NCBI GenBank assembly: GCA_902477915.1 | Contig: CABSJA010000003.1 | Location: 3,156 to 67,155 of the forward strand | Direction: 5' to 3' | DNA: 64,000 nucleotides | DNA from: an uncultured Veillonella sp. | GTDB taxonomy: Bacteria > Bacillota > Negativicutes > Veillonellales > Veillonellaceae | Shown here: in pieces, positions 30,374-40,084 of the stretch | Layout: every line of letters begins with the position of its first letter | How positions within the stretch are numbered: the stretch's first letter is position 1 | Position numbers and translations under genes: made by a program | The notes under the pieces: model-generated | Databases searched by the model: none | Seen by the model: only the letters and a program-made list of their open reading frames with translations | Told to the model about the DNA's origin: nothing

Positions 30374-31441
30374 TCATAAAACATCTAACCAACGTTTAGC
30401 AATTTTACATAGTGGAAATTTATCACGCACCTTGATAGCTTCCTGTGAAAGTTTTACTGCTAATGCAGGGTCTTTCAGAATACTGCGCATAGCTTCATAC
30501 ATAGCCTTTGTATCTCCTACAGGTACCAAGATACCATTTTCTCCACTTGTTATGACCATACGAGCACCACCTACTGGACAGTCTGTAACTACAGCAGGCA
30601 AGCCCATGCCAAGTGCTTCTAACATAGAGTTTGAAATACCTTCAAAATCAGATGATGAAACATACATAGAACAAGGTGCAACCTTCTCTAAAATATTACT
30701 AGCAAAGCCAGGTAATAAAATACGATTCTCTAAATTGAGCGCTTTAATTTGAGCACGTAGTTCATCCTCTAAAACACCTTGGCCATAAATAACAAGTTTA
30801 TACTCTGGAAACTCATCTGCTAGCATACTAAATGCATTGATCATCATAGGCAAATTCTTTTGCGGATGCAAGCGACATGCTGTAACGATCGTCTTTTCCC
30901 GTTCTCCCTCAATTGGTGGTGGCAATTTACCATTAATAGGATTCGGAATGATAACACCACGCTTTTGTACAGATTCAGGAAAATATGAACGTGCATCTTC
31001 CGTTTGGAATACTAACGCATCAGCAAAGCGAAAAGCAAAATTACGCAGCGCTTGTTGATGCCAACCGATAGGTACCTTACGCGGATTATTTCGTTCTGAA
31101 AAGACAATGCGATTCTTTACAAACCAGGAACTAATAGCCAATATAAAGCTAGATGCAGACAAGAATGATAAACATGTAGCATTCGGTCTAGTCTTTAAAA
31201 TCTTAATTAGCTCTTTTATTTCCTGCATAAAGCGAATCACTTTATTAGAACTTGTGGTATGAATTTCAATTTGCTCTATCCCATTTTCTAAGGCATATTC
31301 ATTACCATAACGATTGGGACTAGTTTGGATGACCGTAATATGATGACCATCATGCACCCATTGACGAGCTAACTCTGTTAAAATTCGTTCAGCTCCATCA
31401 TTACCAAGGGAGATAGTAACAATGATTATTTCCTTTTTCAT
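30374..31441 (-). CDS. Glycosyltransferase family 4
   Basis: GAER, ERN, RLHPQKN, EGISNSMLEA (EX7E). Confidence 0.92.
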   Translation of the reverse strand: MKKEIIIVTISLGNDGAERILTELARQWVHDGHHITVIQTSPNRYGNEYALENGIEQIEIHTTSSNKVIRFMQEIKELIKILKTRPNATCLSFLSASSFILAISSWFVKNRIVFSERNNPRKVPIGWHQQALRNFAFRFADALVFQTEDARSYFPESVQKRGVIIPNPINGKLPPPIEGEREKTIVTACRLHPQKNLPMMINAFSMLADEFPEYKLVIYGQGVLEDELRAQIKALNLENRILLPGFASNILEKVAPCSMYVSSSDFEGISNSMLEALGMGLPAVVTDCPVGGARMVITSGENGILVPVGDTKAMYEAMRSILKDPALAVKLSQEAIKVRDKFPLCKIAKRWLDVL

Positions 31442-32487
31442 AGGCCTTCCTCTTGGATATATTCTGCAAGTCTTACATAAGCCTGCGCCATTGTTACCTT
31501 AGGCTGCCATCCTAAGGACTTTAATTTTTTTGAACTTAAGAACATGTGCACTGTCGGCGCATAGCCTAAGCCTTGTACATCTTCTGGAATATCAAAAATG
31601 ACCTCACTCTTATCATGACTTACATGGGTCGCTACTAAATGAGCAATGCTAGCTATGGAGCGAGTTTCCTCATCATGACAGACATTGTATGCTTCACCAG
31701 CTTCTCCATCCTTCATAAGGGTTAAAATGCCCGTTAATGCATCAGTAATATAGCAATAATTAGACATAGAATCACCCTTTGTATGAAGTACAATATTTTC
31801 ATTTTTTAGAGCACTCTTAGTGAATTGCATAAATACGCGATTATCTGAAACAGGAACACCAGGTCCAAAAGTTTGAGCCAATCTAGCTATAACAGCTGGA
31901 ACGCCAAATTCTACGGCATACGATTTACAATAACACTCACATAATCTTTTACTTTCAGAATAAGAGCTACGCACATTTAAGTGATCTAAATATCCTAATC
32001 GCTCTTCAGTCATCACCTGTCCCGATTCATAAGGAACACCATACTGTTCCATGCTCGATAGGTATACAAGTTTCTTTACCGTTTTATGACGGCCTAGTTC
32101 AAGCATAGCTTCCGTACCATGAATCGAAGTACGAATCGTTTCTACAGGATGCTCCATAAAGAATTTAGATTGTGTTGGTGCAGCACCATGTAAGATATAG
32201 TCACAAGGTACGTCAATAGATTCTAAAGCACCATCGATAAGTGTAATGGAATCATTATCTAAGTAGTTACCTAATATAGCCTGTGCTTTATCATGACTTC
32301 GTACATGACCTATTACCTTTACGTCTAAGTTAAAAGTCTCATTGGCAAGTATAAGTAATTTTATAAACATAGAGCCAATAAGTCCCGTCGCACCTGTCAC
32401 AAGAATGCGCTGATGGCGGAGGAATTCAAAGTACGCTTTGTCTTGTAATAAAGCTGTTAACTCGCGTTTAATAACGGAATTACTCAT
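31438..32487 (-). CDS. NAD-dependent epimerase/reductase, probably for CDP-alditol synthesis
   Basis: TGATGLIG, YSESKR; overlaps the stop of the adjacent cytidylyltransferase. Confidence 0.8.
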   Translation of the reverse strand: MSNSVIKRELTALLQDKAYFEFLRHQRILVTGATGLIGSMFIKLLILANETFNLDVKVIGHVRSHDKAQAILGNYLDNDSITLIDGALESIDVPCDYILHGAAPTQSKFFMEHPVETIRTSIHGTEAMLELGRHKTVKKLVYLSSMEQYGVPYESGQVMTEERLGYLDHLNVRSSYSESKRLCECYCKSYAVEFGVPAVIARLAQTFGPGVPVSDNRVFMQFTKSALKNENIVLHTKGDSMSNYCYITDALTGILTLMKDGEAGEAYNVCHDEETRSIASIAHLVATHVSHDKSEVIFDIPEDVQGLGYAPTVHMFLSSKKLKSLGWQPKVTMAQAYVRLAEYIQEEGL

Positions 32488-33202
32488 CTTGTAATCCTCC
32501 TAATTCACGGTTTTTAATAATACCTGTGAACATATAATAATCAGATGGTGTAGTAATCTTTATATTTTCTGTTTCTCCTAATACTGGATACAAGGTGTAT
32601 CCATAATGCATCATCATGGATGCAGAATCTATAAAATTATGGATGCCTTCTGTTTTAGCTCTCTCATGAACCGATAAAATATCATCTAGTTTAAAGCTTT
32701 GAGGTGCTTTTGCCATAAGGCATTCACTACGATTTAAAATTCGGTTTATAGAGCCATTATCTGTAACCATAACGGTTTCAATAGCAGGTGTAACCGTAAT
32801 AGCAGAACCCTTTGTTTCTACAGATTCAATATTTCTCTCTATTGTTGCCTTATCCACAAGTGGCCTAACACCATCGTGAATCAATACGGTAACCTCTTCA
32901 TTAGGAAATAATCGTTTTGCCTCTGTCAATCCATTATATTGAGAGTCTAAAGCACTTTCTCCGCCGGGAACAATGGACAGAACCTTTTGTAACCCAGCCT
33001 CTTTGATAAGGTTCTTGGTGTGATCAATCCATTCCGCTTTGCAGGCTAGAACAATACCATCAATAGAGTCCGTTTGTTCAAACACATCTAGGGTTTGAAT
33101 CAAAATAGGTCTACCGTTCCATTCAAGAAACTGTTTTGGCGTCTTGCTGTTATTCATACGAGCACCTACGCCACCCGCAAAGATTACTGCTATTCGTTTC
33201 AT
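32480..33202 (-). CDS. IspD/TarI-family cytidylyltransferase
   Basis: IFAGGVGARM, PKQFL, IHDGVRP, NIKITTPSD. Confidence 0.9.
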   Translation of the reverse strand: MKRIAVIFAGGVGARMNNSKTPKQFLEWNGRPILIQTLDVFEQTDSIDGIVLACKAEWIDHTKNLIKEAGLQKVLSIVPGGESALDSQYNGLTEAKRLFPNEEVTVLIHDGVRPLVDKATIERNIESVETKGSAITVTPAIETVMVTDNGSINRILNRSECLMAKAPQSFKLDDILSVHERAKTEGIHNFIDSASMMMHYGYTLYPVLGETENIKITTPSDYYMFTGIIKNRELGGLQDE

Positions 33203-33211
33203 AGGCCCTCC

Positions 33212-34078
33212 TTAAGGTTGAGCTTCGTTCTTGGCATAATGTATGCCTCTATACTCCTTGTAAGGTGTATGTAAATCAGCAAACACAGCATCATGTTTTG
33301 CTACACGCTGTTCTACTGGTGGTAATTGCATATAGTCGCCCCAAATGAGACGTAAATATCTTTCATACCCTTTCATAACAGGTATCTGATGACCTTCAAA
33401 GTCTTTATATACAACAGAAGCAAAGTCTTCTCGAGGATGACGCAACTTCATGCCTTTTAAACTACCAATTAACTCAGTACACTCCTTGCTCGTATTAAAA
33501 TCATATTTAGTCATTTGCTTTTCTGCAAAGCGCCATATATGGTAACGTAATGACTGACTAGAGAATACCTTGTAGATACATCCTGCTAATGCACGATACA
33601 TCGGTCCTTTATTATCCGGTAAACGTTGTGCATTAAAAAGTGCAAAGGTCATAGCCCACATAAGTTGTAAAGTGCGGCTAATTTTTCCTGGTGCACAACC
33701 ATCAATAGGCATAATTTCAAGAGCTAAACCATGACAAATATCTTCATGCATACTATGACGATTAATAAATGTCGTATGATTATCTCTAATAGAAGCACCT
33801 GCATCATGATAGATATGATGCCGATCCGTACGACAATAGGTATACCGTTCTGTATCTGCATACTTAGGCCATAGTTCAGCTAACTTTTCGTAATCTGGAC
33901 GTGGCATAAATAAATCCAAGTCGTCATCCCAAGGGATAAAACCATTATGACGTATAGCCCCAATGAGGCCACCGCCACAGAGATAAAAGCGCAAATTATG
34001 TTTGTCACAAAACTCTTTAAAGTACAGCAACATACTAAGCTCTTTTTCTTGTATTTCCTTTGTCATAGATGTACTCAT
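33212..34078 (-). CDS. LicD-family phosphotransferase (probable alditol-phosphate transferase)
   Basis: GGLIGAIRHNGFIPWDDDLD. Confidence 0.9.
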   Translation of the reverse strand: MSTSMTKEIQEKELSMLLYFKEFCDKHNLRFYLCGGGLIGAIRHNGFIPWDDDLDLFMPRPDYEKLAELWPKYADTERYTYCRTDRHHIYHDAGASIRDNHTTFINRHSMHEDICHGLALEIMPIDGCAPGKISRTLQLMWAMTFALFNAQRLPDNKGPMYRALAGCIYKVFSSQSLRYHIWRFAEKQMTKYDFNTSKECTELIGSLKGMKLRHPREDFASVVYKDFEGHQIPVMKGYERYLRLIWGDYMQLPPVEQRVAKHDAVFADLHTPYKEYRGIHYAKNEAQP

Positions 34079-34089
34079 AGGAACCTCTC

Positions 34090-34776
34090 TTAACGTAAAA
34101 CAGCTAGTACGGTATCAATCATCGTTTTAATATCTTGTAAAAAAGAAAACTCTTTAATACTCTTTAAATTCCAAGCCATTTTGCCTGGTAAAACCTCATT
34201 GATATACACTTCATCAACATTTTTAGCATTTTGTAAAAGTTGATCTTCATCTTTATAAGCAATACTTGCAACACTTGTTACCCCTGCTGGTAATAACAAA
34301 GTTGCTTTCATTTCATTTGTGTAAGCCGCCACATAGCGAGGCACCTCTGGTCTTGTACCAACAAAGCTCATATCTCCTAATAGGATATTGATTAGCTGAG
34401 GCAATTCATCAAGACGACAGCTACGAAGCATATTGCCTACCTTTGTAACGCGCATATCATTTTGTGATGTCACCTGAGCACCTAATGATTCCGCATTTTT
34501 TACCATGGTACGAAATTTATAGATACCAAATGTACGACCATATTGCGTCACCCGAGTTTGGCGGAAGAAGACCTCCCCTTCGCTATCTCGTTTAATCATG
34601 ATGGCTAACACCAAAAATACAGGACTTAATGCAATGAGCATACCAGCGGCTATAACACGGTCAAATATGCTTTTACAAAGAAGGCTTGTTCGTCTTTGAT
34701 TCAATATTTCAAAATATGGACGCACCTCTTCACACTGTAATTCTTTTGGGAGATCGTGAAAGTTTTTTACTAGCAT
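34090..34776 (-). CDS. Initiating phosphoglycosyl transferase (AatA/WcfS-like)
   Basis: FDR, KFRTM, RLDELPQL, MSFVGTRPE; single TM. Confidence 0.9.
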   Translation of the reverse strand: MLVKNFHDLPKELQCEEVRPYFEILNQRRTSLLCKSIFDRVIAAGMLIALSPVFLVLAIMIKRDSEGEVFFRQTRVTQYGRTFGIYKFRTMVKNAESLGAQVTSQNDMRVTKVGNMLRSCRLDELPQLINILLGDMSFVGTRPEVPRYVAAYTNEMKATLLLPAGVTSVASIAYKDEDQLLQNAKNVDEVYINEVLPGKMAWNLKSIKEFSFLQDIKTMIDTVLAVLR

Positions 34777-35969
34777 TCCGTAATAATCCTTTTAAATGTT
34801 TCAATGATATATTGCACTTCTTCATCTGTTAACAATGTATGAAGAGGCAATGTGATTTCATTTTTAAACTGATTATATGCATTTGGATAATCATCAATAG
34901 TGAATCCTAAATTCTTGTAAGCCGTATGCATCGGAATTGGTTTGTAATGTACATTCGTTGCAATGCCAGCTTCAGCCATAGCTTCAATTACCTTGTTGCG
35001 ATATTCAGCATCTCGACCATCTAGCCGTACTAAATATAAGTGTCCACTACTTTGATGATCATCCGTATAGTGGTGTAATAATGTAACCGGTAAATCCTTA
35101 AACGCTGTATCATAGGCTTCGATGATTTCTTTACGACGTGCTAACAGTTTTGGGTATCTTTCAAATTGAGCTAATCCAATAGCCGCCATAATATCGGTCA
35201 TATTACATTTATAATAGGTGCCTTTAATATCATATTCCCAAGCGCCTGCTTTTGTTTTAGCAAGAGCATCCTTATCTTGACCATGCAAAGATAACAATTG
35301 GAATTGCTTATAAATAGCTTCATCATCAATACCATCTATGTGTCTCCATGTAGCACAGCCACCTTCAGCAGTTGTAAAATTCTTTACTGCATGGAAGGAA
35401 AAGCTACTAAAATCAGCTACATTACCTGTTGGTGTACCTTTATATGAAGCCCCAAAGGAGTGTGCACAGTCCGCTACAATAGGAATATGTGCCAATGCTT
35501 TTTGAATATCATTAGATGGTGTAAAGAGAGATTTCTTTTCTTCTACAATGGAACGCAAACGATCGTAGTCACAAGGAACCCCCGCAATATCTACAGGGAT
35601 AATAGCTTTTGTTTTTGGCGTAATAGCACGAGCCACTGCATCGTAATCCATTTCAAATGAATCTTTTTGGGTATCTACAAGAACTAGTGTAGCCCCCACA
35701 TGAACAACAGGGCTTGCACTAGCTGTATAGGAATAAGCACTGGTAATTACTTCATCGCCGGGGCCAATACCTAATACACGAAGAGACATCTCAAGCGCCG
35801 CGGTAGCAGAGTTTAAACAAACAGCTTTAGGTGTACCTAACTGTACCGCAATCTTTTTCTCTAATTCTTTTGTGCGCGGACCAGTTGTAATCCAACCACT
35901 TTTTAAGGCTTCTACAACTTCATTGATTTCTAACTCTGTAATATCTGGAGGGGAAAAATTAATTTTCAT
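34770..35969 (-). CDS. DegT-family sugar aminotransferase (AatB/WcfR-like)
   Basis: FSPPDITE, SGWITTGP, FSFHAVKNFTTAEGG, LSLHGQ.KDALAK, NVHYKP. Confidence 0.9.
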   Translation of the reverse strand: MKINFSPPDITELEINEVVEALKSGWITTGPRTKELEKKIAVQLGTPKAVCLNSATAALEMSLRVLGIGPGDEVITSAYSYTASASPVVHVGATLVLVDTQKDSFEMDYDAVARAITPKTKAIIPVDIAGVPCDYDRLRSIVEEKKSLFTPSNDIQKALAHIPIVADCAHSFGASYKGTPTGNVADFSSFSFHAVKNFTTAEGGCATWRHIDGIDDEAIYKQFQLLSLHGQDKDALAKTKAGAWEYDIKGTYYKCNMTDIMAAIGLAQFERYPKLLARRKEIIEAYDTAFKDLPVTLLHHYTDDHQSSGHLYLVRLDGRDAEYRNKVIEAMAEAGIATNVHYKPIPMHTAYKNLGFTIDDYPNAYNQFKNEITLPLHTLLTDEEVQYIIETFKRIITEC

Positions 35970-36042
35970 ATACATCACCTCATGACTTTCTGTACCTTAT
36001 GGATACGCTTGATTTATCAAATCAAATTTATATTAATTACTA

Positions 36043-36654
36043 CTACGCATCAATTACGATGGACCCTAGTAGAGGAATACCAACTTGAGTTAGTCGTTTC
36101 TTAGCTTCTATTAAATCGTTAGGACTTGCTACTTCATTTTTAACAACAAGCATAACGCCATCAGATTTTTCAGCTAATACAATAGCATCCGTAACATCTA
36201 ATACAGGTGGTGTATCAATGATAACCACATCGTATTCATCGCGAATATACTCCCAAATTGTAGACAACTTACTAGAATCTACTACTTCAGAAGGGTGCTC
36301 AACTATCTCGCCGGCAGTAAGCACATCTAAATGAGGAACTATATTACGATGAATCGTTAAATCTTCATCCATAATAACTGCATTGGTGAGACCTTTATTT
36401 TGTACATTGAATGCTACATGCTGTACTGGATTACGTAAATTACCATCTACCAAAAGAACTTTATTATTATTCTTTGATAGAGCTATTGCCGTATTCGCCG
36501 CTACCTCAGAGGTGCCTTCTCCACTTGTAGCCGCTGTAATACAAATTATCTTACAATTATGTTGATTGCATACGTATTGTAAATTGCTGCGCAATGTACG
36601 ATATGCCTCTACAAGCGGTGTATCACCACGTTCATTAGAAATTAGTCTTATCAT
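36043..36654 (-). CDS. CpsD/CapB-like BY-kinase homologue, degenerate (pseudokinase)
   Basis: EAYRTLRSN and IIDTPP are retained; Walker A reads GEGTS, A' reads DGN; no C-terminal Tyr cluster. Confidence 0.85.
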   Translation of the reverse strand: MIRLISNERGDTPLVEAYRTLRSNLQYVCNQHNCKIICITAATSGEGTSEVAANTAIALSKNNNKVLLVDGNLRNPVQHVAFNVQNKGLTNAVIMDEDLTIHRNIVPHLDVLTAGEIVEHPSEVVDSSKLSTIWEYIRDEYDVVIIDTPPVLDVTDAIVLAEKSDGVMLVVKNEVASPNDLIEAKKRLTQVGIPLLGSIVIDA

Positions 36655-36655
36655 A

Positions 36656-38101
36656 TTAACCTCTCACTTTGCGCCATAATGCTACGATACGATTACTAGG
36701 TTCTTCATATTCCTTTTCTTCATGATTTGGAATGACACCTAAGTTTTCAATACCAAGAATCTCATTGATTTCTTGTACGGATTGAACCTTGCGATTACAG
36801 AAGAACTGACCCAATGTGTAAAGGCAACCAAGAATAAGTCCTAAAATTGCAGAGCCTAATAAAACAAGTACTTTACGAGGAGCAATAGCTTTTTCTGGCA
36901 ATGTAGGGGCATCTACGATTTGCACTTCATTTGGCACCATTACTTCTGCTACCTTAGCTTCTTCTAAGCGTTTTGATAGCATTTCGTAAATATCTTGTGC
37001 TACATCTACATCACGTTTGGCTTGAATATAACCACGTTCTTTTTCTGGTAAGTTTTTCATAGCCTCTTCGTTTTCTTTATCAAGTTCAGCTAATGTAGAC
37101 TCTTTGCCTTGTGCTACGGCTAAAGCCGCTTCATTTCTGAATTTATCGGCCAACAAACCTTGTTGAGCAGAATTGCTAGATGGTGCTTGTTGACTTGCAA
37201 TAGCATTAATCTCAGCATTTAAACCACTTTTTGCTTCTTCAATTTGTTGGTTAAGTTCTTTCATCGCTGGATGCTCATCAGTATATTTGCCAACATAGGA
37301 AGCCCTACGAGATTCTAAATCGGCTAGTTGACCTTTATAAGCCTGAACAGTAGCACTATCAGCAATACTTTTACCCGCAGAACCCAATTGCTCATTAATA
37401 CTGCCCAATGCTGCTTGCGCTGTTTCTAAATCAAGTTGATTTTGAGCTTTCTCACGATCGATAAGGGTAATCTTATCCGTTAAGCCCTTCATTTGATCTG
37501 CGGTGGAGTAAACCTTGTTATCCACTTGGAATTGTTGCAATTTCTTTTCTGCTTGCTCCAATTCTTCTTTTGCAGTTACTACGCGTTTTTGCAAGAACTC
37601 CCGTGTCGTCCGTTGCTCAACATGTGAAATGTCTGCTAAGCGATTCAAGAATGTATCAATTAATAATTGATTTGCCTCTTGTGCTTGCTCTGGACTTTTA
37701 CCTGTGACACTCACTTGTAATAATTCAGTTTCTTTATATGGTTTTGTTTCGATACGCGTTTTAACAAACTCTTCGTATGTAGGTGCTTTACCTGTTCCCT
37801 CTGGATCCTCAATCGCTGAAATAACAGGTTCTACAACATTACGACTCTTTAAGATTTCTGCATCTGTATTCATCAATTGGCGTGCCATAGAATCAGAATA
37901 ACCATTAGCACTTGATAATACAGAATTACTTAAACCTTGAGATTGTTTAATGCGCAACATAGATGTAGATTGATAGGTAGATGGTGCTAACAGGCTATAT
38001 GCACCACCTAATACAATACAAGCAACCGTTACATTGATAATTTTACGGCGCCGTTTAACGAGGACTCTACCGACCTCTTTTAAATCAATAATTTGTTCCA
38101 C
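36656..38101 (-). CDS. Polysaccharide co-polymerase (Wzc/GumC N-domain, PCP-2 type)
   Basis: Two TMs flanking a long coiled coil; YTDEHP, IVDAPTLPEKAIAP; GTG start at 38101. Confidence 0.88.
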   Translation of the reverse strand: MEQIIDLKEVGRVLVKRRRKIINVTVACIVLGGAYSLLAPSTYQSTSMLRIKQSQGLSNSVLSSANGYSDSMARQLMNTDAEILKSRNVVEPVISAIEDPEGTGKAPTYEEFVKTRIETKPYKETELLQVSVTGKSPEQAQEANQLLIDTFLNRLADISHVEQRTTREFLQKRVVTAKEELEQAEKKLQQFQVDNKVYSTADQMKGLTDKITLIDREKAQNQLDLETAQAALGSINEQLGSAGKSIADSATVQAYKGQLADLESRRASYVGKYTDEHPAMKELNQQIEEAKSGLNAEINAIASQQAPSSNSAQQGLLADKFRNEAALAVAQGKESTLAELDKENEEAMKNLPEKERGYIQAKRDVDVAQDIYEMLSKRLEEAKVAEVMVPNEVQIVDAPTLPEKAIAPRKVLVLLGSAILGLILGCLYTLGQFFCNRKVQSVQEINEILGIENLGVIPNHEEKEYEEPSNRIVALWRKVRG

Positions 38102-38221
38102 CCATATACCCCTTTCTGTGAAAGTATACAAACAACAGGGTCTCTCCCTTTTAGGAATATGTACTGTATATCTCCCTCTCACGTAGATTACAGTTTTAAA
38201 TAAATGATTGTAACTAAATTG

Positions 38222-40048
38222 TTATACATTATGATTTGGATGATATGTAGGAACAATATCTTGTAATACATTGATTACATCCAAATCAGATTTGCATGTT
38301 TCAAAGCGATCGATTTCACCACTTAACCATTCTTGGTCTACCTCTTCTAATGCAGCTTCAAAAATCTTCTTATGTGTAGTTGTGTTAGTGCCTTCTTCAG
38401 CAGTTAATAATTCTTCATATAGCTTTTCACCTGGACGTAAGCCAGTAAATTCAATGCGAATATCTTTATCAGGCTCATATCCAGAAAGACGAATCATATT
38501 CTTTGCTAAATCAACAATTTTCACTGGTTCACCCATATCTAATAAGAACACTTCACCACCATTCCCCATAGCACCAGCTTGTAAAACAAGTTGGCTTGCT
38601 TCTGGAATAGTCATAAAGTAACGAGTCATTTCGGGATCTGTAACAGTTACAGGGCCGCCAGCTTCAATTTGTTTACGGAATAATGGAATAACAGAACCGC
38701 GGCTACCAAGAACATTACCAAAGCGAACGGTAATAAACTTTGTATCATACTTATGATTCATACCAAGTACAACCTTTTCTGCCACTCGCTTCGTAGCACC
38801 CATGACACTTGTTGGGTTTACCGCTTTGTCTGTGGAAATCATAACAAACCGTTCAACACGATGTGCCCCTGCTACATCTGCTACATTACGAGTGCCATAA
38901 ATATTATTTAACACCGCTGCAATCGGTTGGATTTCCATAAGTGGTACATGTTTATGAGCTGCTGCATGGAATACTACATCTGGTTCATAATCGGTAAAGA
39001 TTTGATCTAACTGATTTTTATCTCGAATATCAGCAATAATGGGAACCAATGTACCTTCAGGCACAATGGAACGCAACTCTTGGTGAATAAGATAAATACT
39101 ATTTTCACCATGACCTAGTAACAATAGTTTTTTAGGTCTTACCCGTAATACTTGACGACAAATTTCAGAGCCAATAGAACCACCTGCGCCCGTAACAAGA
39201 ATGACTTTATCTTTCAAATATGGTTCTACTTTTGATGTGTCTAGATGAATCTCATCACGTTCCAATAAATCTTCAATGGAAATAGGATGCAAATGAGATA
39301 CTAAAACCTCATCATCTAATAATTGGTACATCCCAGGTAATGTGTTGATTTTACATTTTAGAGGTGAGCAGATTTCCATGATTTCTCGAATAACATCACG
39401 CTTTACCGATGGCATAGCAATGATAATTTCTTCAACCTTATATCTTGCTACAAGCATTGGAATATCTTCACGATTCCCTAAAATTCTAAAGCCATTCATA
39501 AGGCGGTTATGTTTGAACATATCATCATCTACAAAGCCAATGATTCGACGAGAGCGCTTATGATATCGCTCTATTTCACGAGCAATAGTTGCACCAGCAT
39601 CACCAGCACCTATAATGAGTGTATTTACTTGGCCACTTTCACCATCATCCCCACTGCTATAATGAAGCGCCACATAATGTAGCAACATGCGTCCCATACC
39701 TACTGCACCAGTTGTAAGGAACCAAGTAATAAAATAGATTGATCTTGGTAATGATTTACCAAATACAAACATAGAGGAGTAAAAGATTGCTGTACCTACT
39801 GTCGTAGCGACAAATACTGCCAATACCTCTCGCATCCCTGCATAACGCCAAATACGCGTGTACAAATGCATAAGCAAGAACATCAACATATACGAAATCA
39901 GCAATATTGGCAATGCGTCTACCATTTGATCAATATATCGAGGTTCTATATAGCCATCAAATCTAATAAATAAACTAATGAAAGCAACAATAACAATCGT
40001 CGCAATATCGGCAATAAATAGTATGGCTGGTAATAAATATGAACGCAA
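38222..40048 (-). CDS. UDP-GlcNAc 4,6-dehydratase (PglF/CapD family)
   Basis: Four N-terminal TMs, TGAGGSIGSE, HAAAHKHVP, STDKAVNP, RFGNVLGSRGSV. Confidence 0.93.
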   Translation of the reverse strand: MRSYLLPAILFIADIATIVIVAFISLFIRFDGYIEPRYIDQMVDALPILLISYMLMFLLMHLYTRIWRYAGMREVLAVFVATTVGTAIFYSSMFVFGKSLPRSIYFITWFLTTGAVGMGRMLLHYVALHYSSGDDGESGQVNTLIIGAGDAGATIAREIERYHKRSRRIIGFVDDDMFKHNRLMNGFRILGNREDIPMLVARYKVEEIIIAMPSVKRDVIREIMEICSPLKCKINTLPGMYQLLDDEVLVSHLHPISIEDLLERDEIHLDTSKVEPYLKDKVILVTGAGGSIGSEICRQVLRVRPKKLLLLGHGENSIYLIHQELRSIVPEGTLVPIIADIRDKNQLDQIFTDYEPDVVFHAAAHKHVPLMEIQPIAAVLNNIYGTRNVADVAGAHRVERFVMISTDKAVNPTSVMGATKRVAEKVVLGMNHKYDTKFITVRFGNVLGSRGSVIPLFRKQIEAGGPVTVTDPEMTRYFMTIPEASQLVLQAGAMGNGGEVFLLDMGEPVKIVDLAKNMIRLSGYEPDKDIRIEFTGLRPGEKLYEELLTAEEGTNTTTHKKIFEAALEEVDQEWLSGEIDRFETCKSDLDVINVLQDIVPTYHPNHNV

Positions 40049-40084
40049 AAGAACGCCCCCTTATATGTGAGATAAACCCTATCC

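Noticed and set aside
32480..33202. ispD of the MEP isoprenoid pathway
   Set aside because: Context between LicD and a reductase in a polysaccharide locus favours a CDP-alditol role
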